Position numbers and translations under genes: made by a program | The notes under the pieces: model-generated | Database searches by the model: none | Seen by the model: the letters and a program-made list of their open reading frames with translations, nothing else | Told to the model about the DNA's origin: nothing | From: Psammoneis japonica | Taxonomy: Eukaryota | Assembly: GCA_008632985.1 (NCBI GenBank) | Contig: QPGO01000098.1 | Span: forward strand, 1-64,000 | Direction: 5' to 3' | DNA length: 64,000 nt | In this document: piece by piece, positions 25,814 through 39,488 of the stretch | How positions within the stretch are numbered: the stretch's first letter is position 1 | Layout of the letters: each line of letters starts with the position of its first letter

Positions 25814-27650
25814 GTGCACATGGCTTGAGCAGCTCTGGCACATCATGCCAACAAAGCCAACAAAAATGGCAACTTTTGTGGTTGGGCTGGCATGCAGGAG
25901 GTCTTGACACATCCCTGGGAAGTCTCAAACAGGAAGGAGGGCTCAGCATTGCCACCAGTGCCAGAAATGTGAGCTTGTCTTGGAGAGATTTGAGCCCACA
26001 CAGCCCTGAGTTGGGTGTCTTGGCAGGCAGGTTGGAAAGCATTCTTGAGCAGAGTCTAGCCAGCGGGCAGTGCTGTCATCAAGAGAGCTGCTCTGCAGAG
26101 GAAGAGGGAGAAACAGGCAACAACATTTTGCAAGAAATGTTTTGTCAATGGACGGGTCGGATGGGGTGGCATCTGGACTTTGATGGCGCATTTGGCAGAC
26201 AAAGCTTGAGCACAGAGAGCAGTCCACTCAAGCTCTGCAAGCAGCACATTCCAAAGGTGACACCACTCATGGGCTGTGTGTTCATGCGTGAACATGTCTC
26301 AAGCTGCAAGTCACAAAAAAACCACCACCATCCTTTCAACCAACCACCATGGACAGAACAGGGCAAGAGGTGTCAAAACAAGAGTGATTCATTGACTCTC
26401 TTCTCATTTCATTGTGCGTTGTTGTCTCTTTTAATTCAAGTGCAAAGAGGAGTCACTTTTCTTGTTTCTTTCTCTTGAGGGGTTGTTGGTTGTTGAGAGT
26501 GTGATGCAATTTTTGTTGTCACAAATTGGAAACAAACCCGATCACTGCTTGACTGTCAACTCATTTGCTGTTTTAAGTCTCCGTGGCTTAAAATGCCATG
26601 AACCCAGATCCCTCAATTGTTTCATCAAATGCAGTGCTTTGAAACACGTCCAACATCAACTCAACTCAGTTGAAATCCCAGTTTGTGGGCAATGAAAAGT
26701 CACGAATGTCAAACAAATGGCTGCTTTCGACATCAAGATCCCCAAGTTCAATCCACATGTGATGGTGTGCTTCACAGCTTGTGGCCATGGCTCCACAAGC
26801 ATGCTTTGTTGTTGTCATCGCGTGCTTGTCTCAAAAATGCGACACATCAACAGTTCAGGAAAGGGTGGAATGCAGACTCATTTGTGCATTCGTTGGCAGC
26901 ATTGGCCCAATGACATTTGCGGAAGAAGTGATCGAAAACCCTCATTTGCTGTTGACATTTCTTCATTGCTCAGAATTTGAAATCTGACCACTGCCGTCAA
27001 GCATCTGGCTTTCTTTGTGTTGAAGTGGAAATGACACTTGGTGATTTGTGCTGATCTTTTGGCTTTCTTTGTGTTGAAGTGGAAATGGCATTTGACGATT
27101 TGCACCAACCGTTTGGCTTGCGGCACTTTGGCTCAAAGTCAGATGAAGAGATTGGGTCATGGGCTTGTCATCAACCAGCCACGAGCATGAAATCTCATTT
27201 CTTTGTGTGGAGATGTGCACACTCTGGTGTGGAATTTAATTGGCTATAAAAAGTTGTGGTGAAATGCATGCTGGCATGATTGTCCATCGTGTGCAGACTC
27301 TACGATGTCTGCATCCACTGCATTTTTTGCAACACTTAACTTTTTGTTGGCTCCCACCATGACAAATGACAATGCTTTCTCATTGTGTTTTTTTTTGTCA
27401 TGGCAAAATGAACAATGGTCTTCTTGCAAGTCATTGTGAGGCAAGGGCTGAAGTTGTGGAGTGTTGGAAGGTCCTCTCATTCTCTTGCTGCATCTGTGCA
27501 CACGTTGACATCAGTTTCAGGAAAAGTGGAAGCATGTGTTGGTTGATTGACAACAACATGTGCACATCAACCATGCACCATTTTTCATTCAAGACAAAGG
27601 TGAGAGGAGACAGATGGCCTGGGGCCTTGGAAAGCATTTCTGTTGCTTTT

Positions 27651-29204
27651 AGAGCAAATCTTTGGTTCTTTGTCAGGTGCAAGAAATGTGTGCTGGACAG
27701 TCCATGCATCTTGGAAGCAATGGCTCACATTTTAACTTCAGTGAAGAGCCTGCATCAAAAACAAGAATTGTGTTTGACCACACTTCATGTGGAGCAGATG
27801 AAAACTTCAGTTGGAGCAGAGATTGAAGAAGGAGGAGCATGTCTGACAATTGACAAGGGCTGCTGGCATGGTGGTTGCTCTTTTGTTGCTTGTCATGCAC
27901 AAGCTCCTTTCACTGTCTTCTTGCTTGCATTGATGGTGAGCAGAATTTTTGTTTGACATTCTCATGAAACACCATGGTTGTTCTTGCATTGTGTTGTGAA
28001 GAGTGCCCTCAACACAGAGGCATCATTGAGAACTGCACCAGTGTTTGCAAGTTTTGGCGTGGGAGTTTGTGCAGAAATGCCAAATGAAGGGGGGGGGGCA
28101 TTGCTGCAAACCAATCTTCTGACACTTTTGTGGTTGGCAACAGAAGTTTTGTGTTGCACTGTGTCATTGACGGCATTGTTGAAGCAACCTGCAGCTGGTG
28201 CACTGTGCTGGAATTGCAGTGGTCTGCCCCCACACACCCAAAAGCAGCGTCTCAATGAATGATGTGGCAGCGGGTCTGTTGCTTTCAGTGCTTTTAACTC
28301 AAGCATCTTTCAAACTCACCCTGTGTGCTTGGTGGAGGCAACAAGTGGCCATCAGACAGCAGCTCATTGTCTGATTTGTCAAAAGCACGGCTTTGCTTTG
28401 ACCTGCAACTTCACAGGAGGGGTCAGAGCAAATCTTCGGTTCTTTGTGAGGTGCAAGAAATGTGTGCTGGACAGCCCATGCATCTTGGAAGCAATGGCTC
28501 ACATTTTAACTTCAACGAAGAGCCTGCATCAAAAACAAGAATTGTGTTTGACCACACCCCATGTGGAGCAGATGAAAACTTCAGTTGGAGCAGAGATTGA
28601 AGAAGGAGGAGCATGTCTGACAATTGACAAGGGCTGCTGGCATGGTGGCTGCTCTTTTGTTGCTTGTCATGCACAACTCCTTTCACTGTCTTCTTGCTTG
28701 CATTGGTGGTGAGCAGAATTTTTTAGTTTGACATTCTCATGAAACATCATGATTGTTCTTGCATTGTGTTGTGAAGAGTGCCCTCAACACAGAGGCATCA
28801 TTGAGAACTGCACCAGTGTTTGCAAGTTTTGGCGTGGGAGTTTGTGCAGAAATGCCAAATGAAGGGGGGGGGGCATTGCTGCAAACCAATCTTCTGACAC
28901 TTTTGTGGTTGGCAACAGAAGTTTTGTGTTGCACTGTGTCATTGACGGCATTGTTGAAGCAACCTGCAGCTGGCGCACTGTGCTGGAATTGCAGTGGTCT
29001 GCCCCCACACACCCAAAACCAGTGTCTCGACAAATGATGTGGCAACAGGTCTCTGTTGCTTTTGGTGCTTTTTGACTCAAGCATCTTTTGAACTTGCCCT
29101 GTGTGCTTGGTGAAGGCAACAAGAAGCGGCTGTCCAGACAGCAGCTCATTGTCTGATTCGTTGAAAGCGTGGCTTTGCTTCAACTTGCAACTTCAGGAGG
29201 GGTC
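27651..29204. repeat. ~774-bp tandem duplication of a decayed sequence
   Basis: 27651-28424 and 28425-29204 are near-identical; near-identical ORF-track translations at 27978 and 28753. Confidence 0.95.
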
Positions 29205-29539
29205 TGCAGGGCAAAAAATCCATGATTTTTCATGTTGCAGGGTGCAGAGGGGGCGGCTTCACTGTTGGGCATAGAAGGTGGCACCATGCCGCAACATAAA
29301 AAGTCATTGGCTTTGGAGAAATGGTCAGCACAATCGTTGAGCGACCGATTGCAAGGCATTTCTCGTGCTTTGCAAAGACACCTTTGCAAAGACACCACTT
29401 TTCTGTGACTGCAACTCGTGACCAAAATTCCGCCGCGATCGTTTTCCATGCCTCAATTTTCAATGCCGCCTGCGCTGCTGCTGTCGTTGTCGGCGCGTTG
29501 TTGACATTTTTGCTTTTTTTGTAAACTCAGTTCAAAATT

Positions 29540-30441
29540 ATGGTGCTTAGGAGAAGTCGAATGATGTTTACCATTCAATTTGTGTTGCTCTTCGTCGTCT
29601 TGGCGGCAACAACTTCATGGGCAAAACAACAAGAGCCATCATCAAAACACATTCTTGTCGAATTGAGGGATGATAATTTTGATGCCAAGACGGAGGTAGG
29701 GATTTCTTTTTTTTTTGTTGTGTGCAGTGATTTGTTTTTCAAACAAACGCGAATTCATTCCATTTTTGTTCATGTCATTTTTACGTTTTGCATATTATCA
29801 TGTAGCTCGGTTGGACGAGAGAATCATCGGTATACTCTACAACATCTGGCACAAGTTGGTTTATCGTCTTTAGGGCACAACGGTGTCCTCATTGTAAAAA
29901 GCTCATGCCTGTCCTTGATGAATTAATGTCAAAACATTATCCAGAGATTCAATTTGGTTCGGTGGACGTACCAAGTAATCGTGCGACAAGCATTCGATTT
30001 GGCATTCGGTAAAAAGAACATGTTGTGGATTATATATTATGATTGCGTCGTTTTTGCTCGTTTCTTCTTTGTGCGCTCACACCTCAACTTTTTGATTTTT
30101 ATTATTTGGCACACACAGAGGCTATCCAACCTTGATATTATTACACAAGGACAAACTCTATCGTTACAAGGGACGACGTAGCTTGGTGGATTTGGATTTG
30201 TTTTTGGAGGAAAAGGATGCCAAGACGGAACCCATTCCACCTCCACCCACGTGGACGTCACAGACTTTGACTCTTGTAAAATCGATTAGTTTGGAATTGT
30301 GGGACTTGCTGACGGGCAAGTCTGGTGGTGCAGCGGGTGTAGCCGTTGTGTCTGTTGGTTGTAACGTTGGGTATTGTGGGTGGTATCGTGGCCATGTTTT
30401 TCATGCCAGCCAAGAAAGATTGGAACAAGAAACAAAGCTAG
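29540..30441 (+). CDS. ER membrane thioredoxin-domain protein (TMX/PDI-like), 2 introns
   Basis: Signal peptide, 'VELRDDNFD', 'WFIVFRAQRCPHCKKLMP' (CxxC), 'GYPTLILLH', a C-terminal TM segment and KKxx ER-retrieval end (NKKQS*). GT-AG introns at ~29696-29804 and ~30009-30118. Apparent indel near 30350. Confidence 0.85.
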
Positions 30442-30508
30442 TAGATGCATATATTTTTGAATGACTTTTTAAATGCCACGTGGTTGCATTATTCTCTACT
30501 GTATCAAA

Positions 30509-31787
30509 TCATGTGTAAGGTTTTTCTTTTGTCTGCTGCACAAGAAAGCTAGGGCTCGTCCCGATGCACCATAACGTGCCTGGTGCGATAATTTCAATCA
30601 TCAATGATTCCTTGTCTCTCGGCTTGACTTTTTTCGTTCTTGTTACTGTTTTCTTTAGGATTGCCATTATTGGGGTGCTCTGGGTTTCTTGCCAGAACCC
30701 CATCGGCACGCACTTAAGCGCCTTGGTACGTTTCTTCTTTAAAGCTGCTTCGCTTTCCAACGCTGCAATCGCTTGGCAGCAATGGCCAAGATAGATTCCT
30801 TGTAACTCCATCCCACCAAGAGCCATGTATGCAATAAAGTATTAACCGTTGCCAAGGACCAGTCGGTGTATTGAATCAAGAGCGGATACATGGGTAACAA
30901 CGGTGCGTTCCAAGCAAAGCCAATGTATCCGCACGCGATAGATGCGACGCGTATGATGCTGCTGCTGCTGCTGACGAAAATCACGCAACATGACTGCCAA
31001 AATGACATAAAACGTCGATGGAAACTGCGTCGTTCCGGCAATAAAGATATCACACGCAGGCGTTGATAACTAATACCACCCACCGCACACACCAAGGCTT
31101 GAAAACATCCAAAACCAATCCAAAAGGCTTCTGGAAAAATGGGAATATTCTGTTGTTGGTGACCCATGATTGTGGGTACCTTGTTGTGAAAGCCCCGTGC
31201 CAACTTGGTTCCGCCAGACCCATGATTCCGCCCGCCAAGGATACCGTTCCGACACAGAGCGTCCACCACGTACGAAATTGCCAAGTATTACGGGATTCCA
31301 CAGTGTGATAGTGCTGATGAGCCCATCCACCACAAAAGACGGAAACCGCATACAATCCCAACAATGCCGCACTGCAACGCGCCAACTGATCACTGACATG
31401 TGATTTGTTGCTCTTTTGCAAAAGTAGCAACTTGAGTGAAAACAAACCCATAATTACCAATAGCACATAATCGGTAGCATACGTCCAGACGGTGTTATCA
31501 AACAACGAATCCTGAGGAGTGTACTTGTAAAAGGCAGGCACATACGTTTCCGTGGCGGCATGTGGTGCCATGGCAAAGGGAAACCACATACTGAATCCGA
31601 GCGTCGCGGCCGAAATGAGAATTCCAACGAAAAACCGAAACACACCACGTCTAAATTCAATTTTCGATTTCTGCCGTTCGTGTTCAAAAAAGTAGGGATC
31701 CTTGGCTGGAAACAAGGGCTTGCCGACCATTGTACTATCATTCTTCTTCTTTTTCACATTATTGAGTCCATCGTCGGGTTGACACAT
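30509..31787 (-). CDS. Multi-pass membrane protein of unknown function (apparent frameshifts near 31215 and 30960)
   Basis: Start MCQPDDG at 31787. Several hydrophobic helices ('WTYATDYVLLVIMGLF', 'LLGLYAVSVFCGGWAHQ', 'NTLLHTWLLVGW'). Normal TpA content; overlapping ORFs in different frames. Confidence 0.7.
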
Positions 31788-32089
31788 GATGTTGATAGGA
31801 TGTACGTTTGATCTGGTTGCAATCCTACAAGAGCAACACAGAACAAAGTGCGACGATGGGCTTCTTGTTTTTATTTCGCACGCCGTACGTTTTGTGGGGT
31901 GGATGCAGCTTTCGTAGATTTCCACGTGATGCTTGTACCAATGGTAACATGGATACGTGGAGGCCACGGGGAGGAGGTGACGACACCGATTGTTGAAGTG
32001 CGCCATGTGACGCGCTTATCAAAAGTTGACGTCGTCATCGGCCAAAACATGGTGTGTATGTAATCAGTTCTGAATATCATGTTTGCAAC

Positions 32090-34790
32090 CGGGATTCGGG
32101 ACTCCCTCACTTTTTGCCAGGCCATGGCACAGAATGAATCTCGCTGGACAGAGGAGGATTTCGATGATGTGACGTCCAATGTTGTTTTTTCCTGAACTTT
32201 TCTTGTGACCAATGACCCAATCTTGCATTGGGCCAACCAATTGCTGCTCTTGACTCATTCTTGAGTGAAAAAGAGCACACACAAGCGCCAAGTGGACTGC
32301 TGGGGCGCTTTTTGCAAACGACTCGTGTGACTCCACGGAATCTCTCCAGCTCTGGGTGGGACTTTGCACTGCTATGACATGGGATGTTTTTGGTCATGCA
32401 TCATGTGTTGCACACATGCATTTCCATGTGTGCGAGTTGCCAGCCACACACACAAATCGCCGCACTTCAAAAACGGCACGACTGCGATGAGAGCACCCAA
32501 ACCATTCTTGCCCCAATGACTGCAATGACAAAAAAGGCAATGGCACCAACACAGGTTTTGGCAAGACTGCACTCAGAGCAACAGTGTGATTGAAAGTTTG
32601 ATTTTTTTCATTTGTTGCATCTCACCGACAGCCATTTGACTTCTCATTTGATGCGTTTTTGATGCCTCTTTTTTTCTCTCTTTCTCAGATTGCAGCAGCA
32701 GCACAAGATTTTTTTTGAAATGTGCCCAGCTCTTTTGACTTGGCACTTGATTCAAACAACAACACATGTTTTTGCAATGTGCTGGCACATTTTTTATGAC
32801 GTGTTTTGTGCACTCTGAGTTGTCATGGACAGCTGAAATCCTGGCTCACTTTTGTCAATCTTGGATGATCTCATTGAACCTCTTGGATTCCCTCCAGCCC
32901 AACAGACAATTTTTAGATAAAAAGACATGCACATTTCTCTGTGCTTTTCTTTTTTGACTGCTGCAATGAAAACATTGCATGTGTCAACATCAAAACTGTC
33001 ACACCATTTGAAACACCCACCACTGCTGTGTGCTGCGCATTCTTTGGCATCCCCCATCAAGGAAGATGAAAAGTCAGTCTTCTTCTCCAAACACACAACC
33101 TTGTTTCTGTCATTGGAAATGCCTTTCAGCTGGGTTCAACAGAAATTGTCAAGCATCAAGAGAAATGGACTCAAAGTGCGGCTTTGCAAGCATGATGCAT
33201 CATGACTGAGAATTTGGAGCACACACCACAAAATGATGAGATGTTCAGAGCATGGATGCTGGACTCTGTCATGGGCAAGATTGAGCATTGGAGTGCTTTG
33301 AAATGGACAGAGCCAAGAGCAAGTCTGTGGGACATTTCCTTTTGGATGTTGTGCAATGAGCAAGTGCAAGCCAAAAACAATTTCCTTTTGGGTGTTGTGC
33401 AATGAGTGAGTGCAAGCCAAAAACAAGCACTGGCGAGTTGAAGAACAACTCAACCTTTTGACCCTGTGAGAACCACCGCCCAATGTTTTTGCCACACTGT
33501 GCCTTGAACTTGCCAGTGGCGGTCAATGCATGTTGCAAACACAAGCTGCAAAAAAGGGCTGTTGGGAAATGGGAAATGGCACATCCCCTGGAAATGCCTT
33601 GAGCACAGTGACACCAAGCAAAGCAAGTGGTGAAAAGGCAGCCAATGTGATGCAGATCATTGGCAATTGCAAAAGGCAAAGCTGTCATTTTTTCTCATGT
33701 CAAAGCAGGTGACACCATGCACACACCTGCTTTGCCCACTTTGCTTGGGTCGGGTTGTCTGGCTCTCACTTGTGCACAGGGATCTGGCCTCCTTGCAGCC
33801 TGCAAATGAGATCAGAAAGTGGGTGCACAGGCAGAAGCATGAAAAGCTCCTGCAGCAATGAGCAGAATGTGCTCAGCATGACTCTGTCACATGTCTGGTG
33901 TTGACAGCACATCTGCAGCACTTCCTTCCACTGTGGGAAATGAATCTTGTTGTGCAACTTGCTCTCAGCATGTTTTCCAGCTTGATTTCACAATGATGCC
34001 CTCTGTGCGGAACAAAGTGAAAAAACCAAGTGAAAGCACTGCTCAGCAGCCAGGCATTTAAAACAAGTGTCCAGGGTTGCAAACAAACAAAAAATCACAC
34101 CTGCATCAATGGCTTTGGAGTTTCACCTTGTGCTGACAATGTTGACTTTCAAGACTGTGCCTGAACAAAATGCAACCTCTCCTGAAAGAGGAGCAAAGAG
34201 AGGATGACAAATGCCGTGCCACATGCGCCAGGCTTGAGAACAACTGACATGGCATCAGCAGTGCAATGGACAATGAATTGCAGAAAAGGTTGACGCTGGT
34301 GCAAATTTTGTGCACCACGTGCAAGTGCAGATTTTGCGCTGGTGCAAAAATTCACTTTTGGTGTGGTGCCCCAGCAGCAACGCCTCATTTGACAACAACT
34401 CTGCAGGCAAAATCTGCAGTTCAGAGTAAATCAAACCAGAGCTGCCAACAATGGTGCACTGCAACACACTGTGCATGTTTTCTGCTCCATGTGGAAGCCT
34501 TTTGTTGAGCCCTCAGCACGGGCAGCCCCACGGCTTCGCAGAGTGCCCGCTGGGGCATGCTCTCACGGGGTGCTCATCCCAAGACTGTCCAAAAGCTCTA
34601 CACCAAGGAATCTGCACCAACTCAAAACAATGCATGCCAGAAAAGAGGGCATTGGGATGGAATGTGGGTTCATGTTGGTGTTTTTCCGTCTTGTCCTGTC
34701 CTTTCACATTCCGTTTCCTTGAAATTCTTTGTGAACGGAGTCGCACACTGTTCCGCGCATTTTCCGCCGGCACCTCATTCATCATTCATT
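32090..34790. repeat. Decayed TpA-depleted tract of unidentified origin
   Basis: Near-absence of TA, Tyr-free spurious ORFs, and a short internal duplication near 33345-33425. Confidence 0.5.
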
Positions 34791-35118
34791 TGCTCGGGCG
34801 GTCCTCTCTAGCTAGTAGCTAGCAGTAGTAGCTAGAGTAACAGGTACTACAGTGCCACTCTATTAGCTAGAGAGTAGCTCTACTATGATAGAGAGTAGAG
34901 CTCTCTACCGGGTATGATGTTCGCGAGTGTTCGAAGAAGCTCATTCTGAGCATTTCCGCCAAAAGGATCGCGATCTTGAGCTTTCATCTTTCATGTGATG
35001 ATCTGACCGCACTCTTTACTGACACGCCCACAAAACATGCTGCTGTAGAGAGTGATAACGTCACAACAACAAAACAACAACAAAGCATCCTCCGGCTTTT
35101 TACTACAAGTTGCTTAAG

Positions 35119-35847
35119 ATGACAGCCAAACCTATAGGACTCCAAGTAGTTGTTGCGGATAACCGCATGATAGGCAACACCGACGATTCTCCCCTTCCCT
35201 TTGATTTTGACGTCGGGTTTGCTTGGATGTTCCACCTTGAATCGGGTGTTTTCGATGCCAACAAGCCAAGCGAAACATTGAAGCACAGTGTCATCTATGG
35301 ACGCCGGGTCTACGAAGAATTTCTACCTCTTGGATGGCTGCCAACGGGTGGAGGTATCAACGTAGTTGTCAGTAGTTCGTTGGCCAATCCTGACGGTACT
35401 CCCAAACCCCTTCCTTCCGTTGCGGGGGACGAGACCTCTGTCAATTCACGCCTGGTTGCCGTGGGATCCATTGAGCAAGCGATCGAGATTGCCACAAGAC
35501 CCGAACAAACGGATCCCAAGCCTGGAGAAATGTGTCTTGTGATGGGCGGGCAACGCATTTATGCCGACACCCTTCCCAAGGCAACCTTTCTTCGCAAGCT
35601 TCACATGCGAACCAACTTTGACGGTGGTGTCCTCTTTCCTGAACACAGCGAAGCCGACTGGACTCCCATCTACAAATCGAAACCTAAAGCTCAGATTAAC
35701 AAGGTCGATGGCAAAGAAGTCGAACTCCAAGTCGTGGAGTACGTCCGAAGCAAGGATGCCAGCAATCCGGCGCTCAAGCCAGTTATCGAATCCGTCAAAC
35801 AGGTGAACATGGCGTTTGATCAGTTAGAACCTTTGGAGCAACAATAA
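35119..35847 (+). CDS. Divergent monofunctional dihydrofolate reductase-like protein
   Basis: DHFR motifs in order: 'VVVADNRMIG...LPF', 'VIYGRRVY', 'NVVVSSSL', 'SIEQAI', 'VMGGQRIY', 'FDGGVLFP...W'. No thymidylate synthase domain and no introns. Confidence 0.8.
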   Translation: MTAKPIGLQVVVADNRMIGNTDDSPLPFDFDVGFAWMFHLESGVFDANKPSETLKHSVIYGRRVYEEFLPLGWLPTGGGINVVVSSSLANPDGTPKPLPSVAGDETSVNSRLVAVGSIEQAIEIATRPEQTDPKPGEMCLVMGGQRIYADTLPKATFLRKLHMRTNFDGGVLFPEHSEADWTPIYKSKPKAQINKVDGKEVELQVVEYVRSKDASNPALKPVIESVKQVNMAFDQLEPLEQQ

Positions 35848-36465
35848 GAAGGATCGAGGACAAGAAAGATGTTCCAAGATATAAGGATCTCTAGGGACAA
35901 AGTCCGACCGAAGGCGACGAACTTTAGGCGTAAATAGAAAGATACTGCAGTAGATAACCAAAGTGTTTGCTGTGTCTACAGTGTCCTGAATACTTGGATG
36001 CAATTCCGTTAGACGCTCTTGTATGGTACCATAACCGCCTCGGCCTCCAGCACCGCAACGCCATCGTAATTGCCGCTACCCGTAGCACACGTGTCAGACG
36101 GATTTTCGAAGTAACAGGTGTGTTGTACAGTGTGGAGTGTCGCAACAGAGTGTATCAGACCGGCGTCCCATGCCAATGTTTGTAAGTGCACCGTCTGTTC
36201 GGACGTAGAGGACCACTGACCAGATTTTATGTGGCCTGCGAAGCAGAGCGCGGGAACCGGGAGAAGAACGAAGCAAACGAATAACGCGTCCCGAACCTAA
36301 CACTAATAGTAGAAATAGCTATACTAGTATTCAAATACAATAAGAGAGTTGCTGCGGTGCTGGGATGCTTTTGAGTTGTTAGATTATGCAGTGTGGTTTA
36401 GTCTACGATATACGTAGTCCGATAGAGTAGGTATAGTCCTAGCTGTGCTCCCTAGACGTTAGACG

Positions 36466-38599
36466 TCATGTAGAGTTTGCTCCATTTTTTGAGTGGCAGC
36501 TATCATCGCAGGTCTTGGGAAGCCTGATCTCATAGATGTTGTCCATGGTGTTGGATCGCCTGATGAGTTTATCTTCAGTGGCATCAAGCTTTGTTTGTTG
36601 ACAGCAATGTGGCCAAGTGACATCAATGGATTTTATCTTGCCCTTTGGACCGAGTCCGAATATGAGACGTTCCTCGACGCCTCCATTATGATCATTTTCA
36701 TGGCTCATGGAACTAACGATTCTTGTCTGGGTCGTCGTCTCATTGTTATATGGACCCATCCGAGTTGCCGTAAGCCTGACAATAGCACCGATAGCATCAG
36801 CAGCAGATGTGCCCAGTCGACAAGCAAAGAAACCATTTTTTGCATCGCCATCACCAAGAGTGTTTCGCAATATGACGGTCGATCCATATCGATAGGTCAT
36901 GATCAGGTCTGTGTATCCGTCGTTGTCTAGGTCGGCTGCTGTGCCACCGAGAGCAGATACTCCGGGCTTGTTTGGTCGATCCATTCTATAGTTGCATACC
37001 GTAAACTGCTGCTCGTACTTAAGGCTGATGCACGCTTCTTCGCTGTAGATGTCGGCACAGGGTCGAGTTCCAGCACCGGGTGCGCGAAGCACTCCGCCAC
37101 AGAACCCATCTCCACCTAGCATTGTGTCGAGGGAGTTGAGAGTTCCGAAGTCGACATCTTCCCCATCTGGGCCTTCCATTATGCGCCATGTCCCATCAGC
37201 GTGGCGTTCGTATATGTCATGATCTCCGGGATCCCTATTGATGACCAGACAGTCTAGATTCCCATCAAGATTGAAGTCTGCAAATCTCATTGCAACAGAA
37301 CCGGAATGAGACAGTTGCACAACGGTATCTGGCTCGTCCAGCTCAAACAAACAAGTTGCGTCTTTACTTTGTCTGCAGCGTTCCTGTCTCGCAGACGACA
37401 AATAAAATTCTAACCTCTTTCTCCATAGAACAGCAACATCAGGAAGCCCATCCATGTCATAGTCTCCTGTAGTGACGGTTCGGATACGATCGCTGTCATT
37501 CGGCGGAGGCGAAGACGAAACTCGGACCAACATTTGCTTTGAATCAAACCTGTATACGTTGAGAGTTCCACGAGGAAACCTTTTGCAGATGTAGTTTGCT
37601 TTGCCAGGACTTGTGAAAACATCGTGGATGTCGCACTCAGATGGCACGACAATCTCTTTTGCATACCCGTCGCCATCAACGTCGGTTATCACGGCCGTCG
37701 TTGCAAACTCTGCGAATTCATTGATGAATCCATCCATTTTTTCCCACGTTCTGCCATCAACATTACGATAGACTCTTCCGGGTAGAACTGAGTATTCGAT
37801 TTCTTTATTGAAACTTCGCTCTTCGTTGAGAAGAACCACGTCTAGCCGCCCATCACCGTCAAAGTCCGCCCAGTACTGATGGCGGCCCCTTTCATTTCCG
37901 CGGTTGCTCCTTCCGTTCAACCCTGCGGCCAGAGCCGCATCTCTCCCACCAACCAAGCGAAATCCAAGATCAGTATTGTCTTTTTGTCCCCAAAAGAGAG
38001 CATTATCATAGTTTGCGGAGTTGCCTACGCCTCTACCACCTCCTGTTACTAGGAACAAATCTTTGTAGCCATCGTTATCTAAGTCCATAAATACTGATGA
38101 ATGTACGTCAAACTGGAATAGAAAACTCGAGTGAGCGGATGATGTCTTATAGTGAGAATGGTCGTCGGCATGATATTATAAATGATACTTACGCAGCTCT
38201 GCGTGTTAACATCTGTCCACTCAATGAAGCCACGGCCTCCATTGGCGGGATAGTATTTGCCCGTTTCACCGTCGCGTAGCACAGCATCCCAATCAACCAT
38301 GCAGCCTCCTAAGACTCTTCCTGGCCCATGTCTTTCTATGCTTGGGTCTGACCAACGGATAGGAGCGCCACTAAACACATAATGATTGTGATGCCACAGA
38401 TCCGGACTCCATCAGAGTTCCAATCGACAGCCCTGCGAAGTAACATTGCCAAAATAATGTAAGGACTCCGTTGTTCGTGCGAGAAACAAGAAAAATTGAA
38501 ATTAAAAACATACATGGCAGTTCCATAGTTACTCATAGGAAGCTGCATCGCAAGCGATGACATTGGAGTCGCATTGTACCCTGGTTGCAGTTCAAACAT
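36466..38599 (-). CDS. FG-GAP/VCBS repeat + ASPIC/UnbV domain protein (CRTAC1-like), with 5' introns; start uncertain
   Basis: Repeated D(F/L/V/Y)DxDGxxD Ca-binding motifs (DLDNDGYKD, DFDGDGRLD, DFNLDGNLD). C-terminal 'DAIGAIVRL...RLIFGLG...IDVTWP' ASPIC/UnbV signature. Confidence 0.85.
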
Positions 38600-39488
38600 G
38601 GCAGCCGATCTCTGTGGCCTCGAGCAAGTTCCTCAATTGGTCTGTGCCGGAGTTTCTTGCCTCAATTGGTTAGAAGACCGGCTCAAGAATAAAGCTGATG
38701 TTTCAGCAACCACAAGAGCGTTGTTGGAAAGAGACAGCTGTCACAATTGAGGAGTATGGAGTCGTCGCCAAACTGTTGCGAACCTTTTTTTTTGTGAGGG
38801 GGATGAGATGACCAACAAAGTCTTTCCCAATCTTTTGTCCGACATCATCGTTGGACATCCATGGTGACGTGGACATAAGTCGATGTCGTTAAGTGCGATA
38901 TTTTTTGTAATGTCGGATGGCTAACTGCCATAATGCAGTTTCATATGAACTTTCCTAAAAGTGGAAAGGACGTATCCTTTTACTTAACGAATCTCATTTT
39001 TGAAACATTTTGTTTTGATGAGGCTGATTATAAGGCTGATTTTCTCACCAGGTTCCTTCCGGTTTGTGCGGTCTTTCGCACTGTGCGAGAGGGAAAAAAT
39101 CTATGACAAACTGAGGGTGGCTTTGAACGATACCATAACAAGTTGCTCTCACATCTCCAAAGAAGGTTTTGACACTTCCCGTACGAGATGATGCATTTTG
39201 ATCAGTTGCCGTTTTCCATCCGTTCTACTTGTACAGCACCAAGAGTTGCCAAAGCAGTGCGCAGGGCCGACCTTTGTGCACTTCAGCATACCAGGTATGG
39301 TGACGACCAGTATGCATCAGACGGGTCCTTCCTTTGTGAATTTCACCTCGTCAAAATGCATGCACGGATGCAATGATGGCTTCATCTTTACACAATCGAT
39401 AGAGTTCTAATCAAAGGCAAACTCATTCACTAAACTACCACCGGTAGAAATAATTCACATCATTCCTGAGCCAGCGCTATTCTCATAT

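Noticed and set aside
15110..29500. Classical RIP or 5mCpG decay alone as the cause of TG/CA enrichment
   Set aside because: RIP increases TpA. CpG decay is present but cannot convert Tyr codons to His/Cys or remove TA, and 20.4-21.3 kb loses TA while keeping CG.
35924..36303. Small ORFs between the DHFR-like and ASPIC genes
   Set aside because: Short, no recognisable motif, and no convincing start; cannot be supported.
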